From Bacteriovoracia bacterium (GTDB taxonomy: Bacteria > Bdellovibrionota > UBA1018 > CAIPTA01): a DNA stretch of 64,000 nucleotides. The stretch is taken from assembly GCA_050246755.1 (NCBI GenBank), contig JBFWVL010000001.1:1568001-1632000 (forward strand), in the 5' to 3' direction. Below, in pieces: positions 46,585-55,516 of this stretch. Both the position numbers and the translations under genes were made by a program. Below the pieces are notes generated by a model. The model was not told the origin of the DNA. It worked only from the letters and a program-made list of their open reading frames with translations, and ran no database searches. The number at the start of each line of letters is the position of its first letter. Position 1 is the first letter of the stretch.

Positions 46585-47372
46585 TTCGTCTCTTCCTGGG
46601 TGCCGAGGCCAGCGATGATTTTTTTCCTGAGGGTCTTGCGATCGTTTTCGTCTTTCGGAAATTCTTTTTCGAGGCGATCCAGGGCTTGCTCAGCTTTGCC
46701 GTAGTCACCGGTGCGCTCATAAGAATAAGCCAAGCGGTACAGGGACTTTTCGGGGGTGCCCAGATCCGGATACTGAGTAAGCAAGTAGAGGTAGCGGCCG
46801 GCGGCGGCTTGATAGAGCTCGCGCTTAAAGTAGAAGTCGCCCACGTAGGTTTCTTTTTCCGCCAATTTCCCGCGCAGCTCGAGGATGCGTTTCTCGGCAT
46901 CTCCTCGCTGGGGGGCAGCCGGATATTCCGAAATTAGCTGTGAGAAAGCCTCGATCGCGCTCTGGGCGGGGTCGAGGTCCCGGTCGGTCGTAGAGGGCAT
47001 CTGGTTATAGAAAGATTCGCCGATGCGGTAGAGCGCGTAGGCCGCAAATTCATGCTTTGGGTAAAGTTCGCGGAAAATTTTATAGGCGGCGGCGGCCTCG
47101 AGGTAGGCCTCGTCTTTGAAGTGAGTGTCGCCAATTTTGAGGGTGGCGAGAGCGGCGTACTTGCTATAGGGGTAGCGGCTCTTCAGGATGCGGAAGCGCT
47201 CCACGGCCTCGAGGTAGCGGTCCTTGCTTAGGAGGCGCTCCCCTTCGGCGTATTGCACCTCCGGAGGGCTATCATTATCTAGGGTGGTGCTGCTGCAGCC
47301 GATGATCAAAACGTAGACAGCTACCAGGTAAAACCAAGGTAAAAATTTAGCGTACACGGTAGCGGGTCGCAT
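46581..47372 (-). CDS. bamD: Outer membrane protein assembly factor BamD
   Basis: Lipobox IIGC; YPYS.YA; DRD...A..A...F..L...YP; LAEKE..VG.FY. Confidence 0.9.
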   Translation of the reverse strand: MRPATVYAKFLPWFYLVAVYVLIIGCSSTTLDNDSPPEVQYAEGERLLSKDRYLEAVERFRILKSRYPYSKYAALATLKIGDTHFKDEAYLEAAAAYKIFRELYPKHEFAAYALYRIGESFYNQMPSTTDRDLDPAQSAIEAFSQLISEYPAAPQRGDAEKRILELRGKLAEKETYVGDFYFKRELYQAAAGRYLYLLTQYPDLGTPEKSLYRLAYSYERTGDYGKAEQALDRLEKEFPKDENDRKTLRKKIIAGLGTQEETK

Positions 47373-47452
47373 GTTTTTCTCTTTCCAATTGAAGCCTTAC
47401 CTTACGCAAGGAGGCTTGGGGGCGTCAATCGAAACTCAATAGTTGAGTAGTA

Positions 47453-47481
47453 TTGACGGAAATTGGCCAATGGCGTATCCT
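47453..47481 (+). promoter_or_regulatory. sigma70-type promoter of the vWA/FN3 gene
   Basis: TTGACG-N17-TATCCT. Confidence 0.6.
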
Positions 47482-47528
47482 GATAGTTAAGGATTACTAA
47501 CAGAGTGTTCCGGGCTTAAGGAGTCTTT

Positions 47529-50477
47529 ATGTTTTCCACCTCTACTCTCTATAAAGGCAGCGCCCGCTGGCTCACTTTCTTCCTAGCATTCAGTGTTTTA
47601 ACGGCCTGTGATCCGCAAGAGGCTGAAAAGCCTAGTGATTCTTGTAAGGATAAGAAAACCTCCAAGGATTCTAAGGGCAAGAAGGACGACGCCTGCGAAG
47701 CCGGTAACGACGGAGGAGGAACCACACCCCCTCCTGTCAATCCCAAGCCCTATCCGTTTCCTACGCTTCCCAACCGTGTTTGCACCATCGATAAGTTTAA
47801 GCAGGATCAAACCACCGGTGGCGGCGTGAAGAAGCTCGACGTTCTCTTCGTGATGGACCACTCGGGCTCGATGGCCGACGACTGGGAACGCGTGGCGAAC
47901 AATATTCAAGAAATGGTGCGTGAGCTTCCGGCGGATCTCGATATTCGTTACTCAGTTCTTCTCTCCGATGTGGGCACGCAAAAAGGCCGACTCTATGCTC
48001 CCGTGGGATACAAAGTAGTTCTCGATAATCAGAAGATGCGAGTTCAGGAAATTTCCAGCGCCCTCCATAAAACTTTCGTGGAAGGGATGAAGGTAAGTGA
48101 CCCAACTGGGGAAGCCGCGTTTTACAGCTTATATAAGGCGGTTACCGCCAATGCCGTGGACAACCAGCGTCTCGGCTTTTTCCGCGCCGACGCCGCCCTC
48201 TCCGTGATTTTCGCCAGCGACGAGCAAGAAGCCGGGTTTCCGTTTCCGAATCCCCAGGCTCCCGGTTTACCGAAGCGTTGCGATACCGACTACGAAGAGA
48301 ACATCAAAAAGACTTATTACGATAAGCAAGGCGTGAATCTCGAGGTTGCCTTTAATGCCGTGAAGAAACTTAAGGGAGACATGCCGGTAGTGACCCATGC
48401 CTTCGTGAATATTACGAAGGAAGATCTTTTCAAGCGCAATTCGAAGAATGCCAGCTGTCTCTACGATTCTCTCGGTTATGGATATTTCGAAATGGTGGCG
48501 AAAACCCAAGGGGTGCTTTTCAGCCTTCAGGCCAATCGCGCGGAAGGTATGGCCCGTTGCGGACAAGTTACTCGTGAACGCCTGCAGCTCGTGCACGACT
48601 TCAAGCTCTCGAAGCCCGCCGAAAAAGTGGATCCTGCCACCATCATCTCCGCGGTGGACGGTAAGCTCGCTCAGTATACCTACGCTGCCGCCAGCAATAT
48701 GGTTCACATCGACGAAGCCGGCGTGGGCGGAAGCATCATCGAAATTCGCCATTGCGAGCCGGACGGCCGCAAAGACTGGACCCTCGTGGATTTCGCCGGA
48801 ACCGCCGCGCAGTATTCAGTGAATCTCGCCTGGAAAACCCCGGAATACGCCACCGACGGAAAAGTATTGTGGGGCCTCTCGGCCACCGCACTCAATAACA
48901 CCACGCCAGTTGCCGCCAAGGACACGAACCACACCATCTCGGTTGCTTCGCTGACTCCGAATACGGTTTACTACTTCCAGGCCGTTTCGAAAGATGAGTT
49001 CGGCCAATCGAAGAGCAGCTCCGTGATCAGCGTGCGCACTCTTCCTGATTGGACGATTACCGGCGTGAGCGGACAGCCGTCACGCAATACCGCCACGGTA
49101 AAATGGCGCACGGCCGAGTATCCCACGAAAGGGAAAGTTCGCTGGGGCTTGGATTCCGCGGCCCTCGTGAATGAGAGCGCGCAAACCGCCGTATTGAACG
49201 ACCACACCGTGGCGATCACAAACCTTCAGGCCAATACCGACTACTACTACCAAGTGGTGTCGAGCGATGAATACGGCCTGGAAAAAACCAGCGCCGTGGC
49301 TTCCATGCGCACGGTTACCGACTGGGGCTTGATCGGTTTCGGCGGCACCGCGGCCCGTACCAGCGCGGCTCTCACCTGGCAAACTCCCGAGTACGCCACG
49401 AGTGGTAAAGTTATGTGGGGCACTTCGGTGAATAATTTGGTGAACCAAGCGGTAGATGGCGTGGTGGGAACTAGCCATGGCGTGAGCGTAACTGGTCTCA
49501 CCGCGAATACCACCTACTACTTCCAGGCAGTGGGCACCGACGATCTCGGCTCCGTGAAACGAAGCGAAGTGATCGCCCTCCGCACCGTTACGGACTGGAG
49601 CCTCACCGGTTTCTCCGGAACCTCCACCATCGACTCCGTTCACGTAGCTTGGCAGACCGCCGAATACGCCACCAGCGGCAAGGTGCTCTGGGGCCTCTCG
49701 GCCGATGCCCTCACCAACGCCCAGGGAGATGGCGTAACGGGCACTTCGCACGGCGTGGACATCAACGGCCTGAACGAAGACACCATTTACTACTTCCAGG
49801 CGGTATCGCGCGATAACTACGCTCTAGAGAAACAGAGCGCCGTGATCGCCATCCGCACCGCGAAGAAGCCCGTGGATCCTACGCCGCTGCCGGTATGGGA
49901 CATCTCGGATTTCAGCGGTTTCGCTACTACCACCTCGGTCACCATCAACTGGAGAACCGATGGCTACGCTACCTCCGGTGCCGTTCTCTGGGGAACCGCT
50001 TCCGGCGCGCTTCATAACGAAGTTCCGGAGACTGGTGCCGGTTTCGCTCACAGCGTAAACGTAAGTGGCCTCACCCCCGATACGCTCTACTACTTCAAAG
50101 TGGTAGCTCGCGATGACCAGGGCCAGGAAAAACAAAGCGTAGAAATCCCGGTTCGCACGATGGCCGTGGTTACCCCCGATCCGGATCCTACCCCTACGTG
50201 GTCGGTATCGGCTTTCGATGGTACTACCACTCCTAATTCCGCCACGCTGATCTGGCAAACTCCGGGCGCTCTCACTAAGGCCACGGTGAAGGTGGGCACT
50301 AGCCCCACGAGCCTCAATCTGCAGGCGGTGTCGGTAGATACTTTCGCGGAAACGCAGCTGATGTCCGTAACCGGTCTCAGCCCGAACACCGCCTACTACT
50401 TCCAGGTGATTGCCGTAGACAAAAACGGCCACACCGTGGAAAGCGTGGTGCTAATGAAGCGCACCAAGGCCCAATAG
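47529..50477 (+). CDS. Lipoprotein adhesin: vWA (MIDAS) domain plus six FN3-like repeats
   Basis: Lipobox LTAC; LDVLFVMDHSGS (DxSxS); six repeats of about 90 aa (W.....G...W.T.EYAT.GKV.WG...H.V....L..NT.YYFQ). Confidence 0.85.
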   Translation: MFSTSTLYKGSARWLTFFLAFSVLTACDPQEAEKPSDSCKDKKTSKDSKGKKDDACEAGNDGGGTTPPPVNPKPYPFPTLPNRVCTIDKFKQDQTTGGGVKKLDVLFVMDHSGSMADDWERVANNIQEMVRELPADLDIRYSVLLSDVGTQKGRLYAPVGYKVVLDNQKMRVQEISSALHKTFVEGMKVSDPTGEAAFYSLYKAVTANAVDNQRLGFFRADAALSVIFASDEQEAGFPFPNPQAPGLPKRCDTDYEENIKKTYYDKQGVNLEVAFNAVKKLKGDMPVVTHAFVNITKEDLFKRNSKNASCLYDSLGYGYFEMVAKTQGVLFSLQANRAEGMARCGQVTRERLQLVHDFKLSKPAEKVDPATIISAVDGKLAQYTYAAASNMVHIDEAGVGGSIIEIRHCEPDGRKDWTLVDFAGTAAQYSVNLAWKTPEYATDGKVLWGLSATALNNTTPVAAKDTNHTISVASLTPNTVYYFQAVSKDEFGQSKSSSVISVRTLPDWTITGVSGQPSRNTATVKWRTAEYPTKGKVRWGLDSAALVNESAQTAVLNDHTVAITNLQANTDYYYQVVSSDEYGLEKTSAVASMRTVTDWGLIGFGGTAARTSAALTWQTPEYATSGKVMWGTSVNNLVNQAVDGVVGTSHGVSVTGLTANTTYYFQAVGTDDLGSVKRSEVIALRTVTDWSLTGFSGTSTIDSVHVAWQTAEYATSGKVLWGLSADALTNAQGDGVTGTSHGVDINGLNEDTIYYFQAVSRDNYALEKQSAVIAIRTAKKPVDPTPLPVWDISDFSGFATTTSVTINWRTDGYATSGAVLWGTASGALHNEVPETGAGFAHSVNVSGLTPDTLYYFKVVARDDQGQEKQSVEIPVRTMAVVTPDPDPTPTWSVSAFDGTTTPNSATLIWQTPGALTKATVKVGTSPTSLNLQAVSVDTFAETQLMSVTGLSPNTAYYFQVIAVDKNGHTVESVVLMKRTKAQ

Positions 50478-50499
50478 TCAGCGATTTCTACGGAGCGGG

Positions 50500-51243
50500 T
50501 TAGCGCAACGACATTAGCGCGCCCGCTTCGATCCATCCGACCAGCTCTTGCTGATCTCCCGCTACGAAACGGATCTTAAGCCAGCCGTCGCGCTCTTCTT
50601 CCGCGTTCACCAGCGCGCCGGGCTCGAGCGCGATGATATTGGAGAAAGTAGCATTGGGGCCGCTCTTCACTTGGCCCGCTTTTACGAAGGCAGCCACGGG
50701 AGAATTCGATTGCTGATAACCCGTGAAACCCACCGCGAAGCAGAGCGCGAGGGCCGAGGCCCAGCCAATAATCCGCGCGCGCGATTCACCTGAGCCCGCG
50801 CTCCAAAGCAAACCCGCGGCGCACACCAGAATGGGCACCAGCCAGATGCCTTCCGGCAAAAAATGAAGCGGTACCGGCCAGGAAGAGAGCCAGGTACTCG
50901 GCCGAATCGCGCGCGTGGCTGGGCTCAGCTTGCTTTCCGTGAGCTTCAGGTTTTGAGTGATGTCGCTGTCTAGCGGTTTTTGGGAGAGGGCTTTTAGCAA
51001 ATAAGCGTACCCGACACCGGTTGATCCGGCGCGTGCAGAAGCGGTTCCTAAATTATAATAAAAGGCAGAAGTCAGATTTTCGGCTGGGCCGGCGGCCAAG
51101 ATTTCATTATATGCCTGGCGCGCTTTTTCCCATTCTCCGGTCAGGTAAAGCTTTTCTGCCTCGGCCAATTTTTCTTCGTTGGCTAACGCCACCAATGGGG
51201 CCAGGAGCATCACGAGCAGCAAGATTATGTTTCCAAATCGCAC
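50500..51243 (-). CDS. BatE-like TPR plus SH3 domain membrane protein
   Basis: YYNLG...AY..KAL...P...DI..NL; two TM segments; SH3b-like VKSGP...GW.KI....GW; start GTG 51243 or ATG 51267. Confidence 0.75.
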   Translation of the reverse strand: MRFGNIILLLVMLLAPLVALANEEKLAEAEKLYLTGEWEKARQAYNEILAAGPAENLTSAFYYNLGTASARAGSTGVGYAYLLKALSQKPLDSDITQNLKLTESKLSPATRAIRPSTWLSSWPVPLHFLPEGIWLVPILVCAAGLLWSAGSGESRARIIGWASALALCFAVGFTGYQQSNSPVAAFVKAGQVKSGPNATFSNIIALEPGALVNAEEERDGWLKIRFVAGDQQELVGWIEAGALMSLR

Positions 51244-51265
51244 GGCCCTAATTGTAGTATGAATC

Positions 51266-52768
51266 ATGGAATTTCTCGAACAAGCTCTGAAATTTCTCGA
51301 GATTAAAAGCGTATCGGAAGAGGGCAACGAAGAGGCCGTAAACTTCCTTATCCCGCTTTTCGAGCAGGCCGGCGCCAAATTAGTGCTGCAACAGGTGCCA
51401 CACTCGCTGAAAGACCATTCCAAGCGCCAGTATAATCTTTTAGCCATCTTCGGCGACGATCTGGTGGACAGCCGTACCCGCAAGGGCCTGCTGCTTACGG
51501 GTTCCGTGGACACCGCGAACCCCGGAAATGCGACCGATTGGACGGAGCTTGGCGGGAATCCATTCCGTCCAAAAGTGAACGGCGAAAATCTTTGCGGCCT
51601 GGGGGCCGCCGGCGCCAAAGTAAATTTTTTGGCCATGCTCGCGGCCGCCAATTCCGCCGCCGCTTCCCGCGCCCGTTTTCTGCAGCCGCTCTATTTGGCG
51701 GCCACGTGCGGGGGAGAATCGGTGCTGGCCGGTTCCCGTTATTTGATTCAGTCGGGGGTGGTGAATCCCAAGCACGTGATCGTGGCGCGCCCCACGAATC
51801 TTCGCCTGCAGAATACCGAAAAGGTGCAGCTCGTATTTCAGCTGCGTATTTCTTTTGTCTCCATCGAGCGCGATGCCCACGAGTTCAACGCTAAGGTTTT
51901 CATTTCGAGTAAGAGCAAAGGCATCCACGCCGCTCATCCCGCCGCGAATAAGAACGCGCTGGAAAACGTGCTCTTCTTCCTAGAGAGCCTTAAATCTTCC
52001 CCGATCGAAAATAAGTTGATGTCGATCTACGGAACTGGCAGCTTGAACCGAATGCCGGATACGGCTTCGGCCGGAATCGTGATCCGCTCCAAGGACCTCG
52101 ATTCCATCCGCGATCGTTTTCGGTCTATTTCTGCCAATAACCGCGATTGCCATTTTGAGATGCGCCTCGGCGGCACCGGCGATCGTGGCGTGCGCTTGCT
52201 ACCCGAGGAAGTTTATTCCGTGCTGAAGCGGATCCGGGAAGAAATCAGGTCTGTGAACGAGGCCATGCGCCCGATGGAAGACAATAGCTTCGAGCCCAAC
52301 CATTCGCGGGTAATTCTTAGCGGAATGGCGCAGGATCGCGATGCGCTAGAGCTCACCGTGCAGTTTGGCTTGGTGCCCGAACTCGGCTCTCTCGAGAGCC
52401 GTAAAGAAATTGAGCGGGATTTTAAGGAGCGCATCGCTGGAATCGCCCGGAATTTCGGGGCCGTTTCGGTGGAATGCCGCCGCACCCACGCCACCCAGCG
52501 TTTCTTTACCGACCCCGCTTCCACGTTCATGACCACCCTCCGCGCGGACATGCAGCGGGTCGGCCTTGCTTCCGATACCGTAGCGGGAAATTCTTCTTCG
52601 GAAGCGGCGCAGTTTTCGGAGCGCGGTTACGAAACGATCGGGTTCGGGGCGGGGGATAACGTGCATAACGGAAATTGCCCCAACGAAAGTTTGAAAGTGG
52701 AAGACCTGCAGGCCGCGGTGCGCTTCTATAGCCGGGCGATCGATGCCTTTTGCCTGCGTGGCATTTAG
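51266..52768 (+). CDS. M20 family (ArgE/DapE-like) metallohydrolase homologue with degenerate metal ligands
   Basis: S.S..E; LLLTGSVDT; NPF; GLGA...K; PT; FGAG; PNE. Confidence 0.75.
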   Translation: MEFLEQALKFLEIKSVSEEGNEEAVNFLIPLFEQAGAKLVLQQVPHSLKDHSKRQYNLLAIFGDDLVDSRTRKGLLLTGSVDTANPGNATDWTELGGNPFRPKVNGENLCGLGAAGAKVNFLAMLAAANSAAASRARFLQPLYLAATCGGESVLAGSRYLIQSGVVNPKHVIVARPTNLRLQNTEKVQLVFQLRISFVSIERDAHEFNAKVFISSKSKGIHAAHPAANKNALENVLFFLESLKSSPIENKLMSIYGTGSLNRMPDTASAGIVIRSKDLDSIRDRFRSISANNRDCHFEMRLGGTGDRGVRLLPEEVYSVLKRIREEIRSVNEAMRPMEDNSFEPNHSRVILSGMAQDRDALELTVQFGLVPELGSLESRKEIERDFKERIAGIARNFGAVSVECRRTHATQRFFTDPASTFMTTLRADMQRVGLASDTVAGNSSSEAAQFSERGYETIGFGAGDNVHNGNCPNESLKVEDLQAAVRFYSRAIDAFCLRGI

Positions 52769-53124
52769 CGCTCCAATAACTCGATGCGGTTATCGTCGGG
52801 GTCATAGACGAAGCGACGCTTCTTAAAGCCCGCGATAATTTTTGCCTCTTGCGAGCGCCCGCCATGCGCTTCCACGCGTCTTACCAGCTCTTCTAAGTCC
52901 GTAGTGAGCAGGGCGAGATGCTGCTCGGTTTTTTGCACGGAATCGCTGCGCTCCTGCAGGTGTAGCTCAAGCGCTCCCACCCGGAACCAGGCACCGCGGT
53001 TCTTGCTGATGCTTTCGGTGAGCCGCGGGATCGGCACTAGGCCGAAAGCTTTTTCGTAGAAATCTCTGCTGGCGTTCACGTTCGTGACGATCACGGCCAC
53101 GTGATGGATTCCCTCTACTAGCAT
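52765..53124 (-). CDS. VOC/glyoxalase family protein
   Basis: IHHVA; FY...FGL; HLAL; DPDDNRIEL. Confidence 0.88.
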   Translation of the reverse strand: MLVEGIHHVAVIVTNVNASRDFYEKAFGLVPIPRLTESISKNRGAWFRVGALELHLQERSDSVQKTEQHLALLTTDLEELVRRVEAHGGRSQEAKIIAGFKKRRFVYDPDDNRIELLER

Positions 53125-54248
53125 GGGCGCACCAAGATTTTCCCTTCGCTCTTTCGCTGATGGTTCAGCCTCTCCGCCGCTTCCGACAACGAAATGGTTT
53201 CGCGTACGAGTTTCTCGGCCCTTAGTTTTCCGGCGGCCATCAGTTCGATCACGCGCGAAAAGGTGGATTCTCCCGAATGCCCTTGCGAGCCAACCACGCG
53301 GGCGTTCTTCGTGATCAGTGCTTCCGGAAGGAGGGAGGCGGGCTCATCGGTGCGCGCTAGCAAGCAGAGCGTTCCGCCCACGGCGAGTCGCGCTCCCGCG
53401 ATTTCGAGCGCGAGGCGGGTGGCGCCGGCGGCGTCGATGATCCAGTCGAAGGTTCCGGTTAAAGAAGAGGAATCAGCGGAAGATACAGCTTTGGTTACGC
53501 CGATTTCGAGCGCGAATTTCTTTCTTTCCTCCACGTTTTCCACCGCGAGCACTTCGGTGGCGCCGGCGCAGAGGGCGAGGTCCGCGGCGGCGAGGCCGAT
53601 GGGGCCGCAGCCTAGGATCAGCACGCGATTTCCGGGAAGCCATTCGCCGCCGTGGGTTCCCTGAAAGAGCGCACGAAAGCTTACGGCATAAGGCTCCACT
53701 AGAGCACCGAGCCGCAGGGCTTTATCGCTGCCGAAACGAGCGGCGAGCTTATCCAGCTTCCAGCAATATTTTGCGGGCACGGTGATGAATTCCGCGTGGG
53801 CTCCGTCTTCGGTGAAGCCCAGCTCTTCCAGATTTTCGCAGTGATTTACGTTTCCGGCCCGGCAATGGTGGCAATCCCCGCACCATTGCATTTCTTCCGC
53901 GGTGAGCAGGGTACCCAGGGGGAAGTTTCTCATTACTGCCTCGCGGCTGCCTTCGCCGTGGCCGATTACTTCTCCGCTGAATTCGTGGCCGATCGTTACC
54001 GGCAGCGTGGCCAGCCCGGGATAAGAGAGTTTTTTGTCGTGGCCGGTTTCCGCCAGATGAAAATCGCTGCCGCAAAGGCCGCAGTAGCGCACGCGTATGA
54101 GCAGCTCATCGGGGCGGGGCTTGGGCACGAGGGCCTCCTCGAGGAGAATGCGGGGATTTAGAAAAGTTTGGCTCGCATTAGCGGTGCGCACGCGCGTAGC
54201 CGGCTTATTGCCGGTAGCCAGATCGGCATGCAGGCGAAGCGCCTTCAT
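53118..54248 (-). CDS. Zn-dependent alcohol dehydrogenase, scyllo-inosose 3-dehydrogenase (IolM)-like
   Basis: CGSD, YPGL..LPVT.GHEFSG, AEEM.WCG.C..CR.G..NHC.NLEELGF, GCGPIG and GSQGHSG motifs. Confidence 0.7.
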   Translation of the reverse strand: MKALRLHADLATGNKPATRVRTANASQTFLNPRILLEEALVPKPRPDELLIRVRYCGLCGSDFHLAETGHDKKLSYPGLATLPVTIGHEFSGEVIGHGEGSREAVMRNFPLGTLLTAEEMQWCGDCHHCRAGNVNHCENLEELGFTEDGAHAEFITVPAKYCWKLDKLAARFGSDKALRLGALVEPYAVSFRALFQGTHGGEWLPGNRVLILGCGPIGLAAADLALCAGATEVLAVENVEERKKFALEIGVTKAVSSADSSSLTGTFDWIIDAAGATRLALEIAGARLAVGGTLCLLARTDEPASLLPEALITKNARVVGSQGHSGESTFSRVIELMAAGKLRAEKLVRETISLSEAAERLNHQRKSEGKILVRPC

Positions 54249-54709
54249 TTTTTTGCCTTCGTCTTGCGCAGGGGAGACACGATCTCGAGCAGGATACCGT
54301 TTGGATCCTGCACGAACGTGATGGAATCGCCGCTATAGCCCTTCTTAGGTTTGATCCAGGGGTTGAGCCCCATTTTTTGCAGGGAAGAAACCGCGCCCTT
54401 AAATTTTCTGGTTCGAAAAGCGATGTGGCGAATTCCGGGCTCGAAGTAGCTGCGGGGCACTTTTGCTCCGTGCACCTGGCTCAGGCGCTTGGCGAAGGTC
54501 GGTTTGTCGCTGCGGTACTCGAAGAGCTCGAGGCGGCTGCCCTTGCGCTTGAGCACGATCGCCCGCACGCCCAGTTCGCGGTTGCCGAATTCCCGCTCGA
54601 TTTTAAAGCCGAAATATTTTTCGTAGAAGCGCACCGTTTGGCGCAGATTTTTCACCACGATCGCCACGTGATCGATATTTCCGAGCGGAAGTGAGGGGGC
54701 TTTAGCCAT
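54245..54709 (-). CDS. VOC family protein (methylmalonyl-CoA epimerase-like)
   Basis: IDHVAI.V; LELFE; GIRHIAF; DPNGILLE. Confidence 0.85.
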   Translation of the reverse strand: MAKAPSLPLGNIDHVAIVVKNLRQTVRFYEKYFGFKIEREFGNRELGVRAIVLKRKGSRLELFEYRSDKPTFAKRLSQVHGAKVPRSYFEPGIRHIAFRTRKFKGAVSSLQKMGLNPWIKPKKGYSGDSITFVQDPNGILLEIVSPLRKTKAKK

Positions 54710-54752
54710 TGGGCTTGATGCTAGTATGGAGGGCGGAGGCTGTAAAGGCGCG

Positions 54753-55280
54753 CTAGGCGACGAACTTTTTCTTTAGGGCCTCGGCTTCGGCGGCCTTCGC
54801 GTCCGCCACTTCGATCGAATCCAGATCGAGGATGCAGCCACTGCTTTTCTTGAATTTCATTTTTCCGCGCCTTTGTTCGGCGTAGCTGCCGTTTCCTTCG
54901 AGCCGCGTAAAAATACCCTTGGCCTTTTCGCAGATCTTTTTCTGGGTAACTAAAAGTTTTTCCCAGCCTAGGCTCAGGCGGATGAGGTTCTCGCCCTGCA
55001 CCGGAGTTTCAATGGCGTGGGCCAGCGGGCTTTCTTTGGCCTTTTCTTCCTCGGTGGTTTCTTGCTTTGGTTTTTTGCCGAAAAACTCGTAGCCGGGGGT
55101 GGATCCGTTGCCGAGGCTGTCATGGGATTTATCGGCCGCGGCGGTGCCGGGCACCTGAAACGACGACTTCGCCGAAGGCGTAGCGGCAGGTTTCGTGTCG
55201 GAGGCCTTCTTGCCTTTCCCGGCGCGGTCCGGGTTAAAGAGGGCGGCCATGCTTTGTCCTAAAGGACCGAGCTTGCTCAT
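54753..55280 (-). CDS. Hypothetical Lys-rich protein
   Basis: 175 aa ORF with an AGGGG RBS-like element upstream. Confidence 0.55.
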   Translation of the reverse strand: MSKLGPLGQSMAALFNPDRAGKGKKASDTKPAATPSAKSSFQVPGTAAADKSHDSLGNGSTPGYEFFGKKPKQETTEEEKAKESPLAHAIETPVQGENLIRLSLGWEKLLVTQKKICEKAKGIFTRLEGNGSYAEQRRGKMKFKKSSGCILDLDSIEVADAKAAEAEALKKKFVA

Positions 55281-55516
55281 AAAATCGTGGTTCCCCTATA
55301 ACTCTATTCGGTAGCAGGTAGGTTATACTTGAGAAAAATGATCATCAAATGAGATTTTTCTAGCCAAGGTGCGTAAAAAGCTGCTAAAGATCCCCTGAGT
55401 TTTCGCACCTTTGGCCATTCTTAGCTGGTACTGCGTAAAAGCTTACGCAGTAAAGCTTGCGCCCTGGGTTTACCGGCTTCTAAGATAGAAGGGCTCGGTT
55501 TGGAAGGAATAGAACT

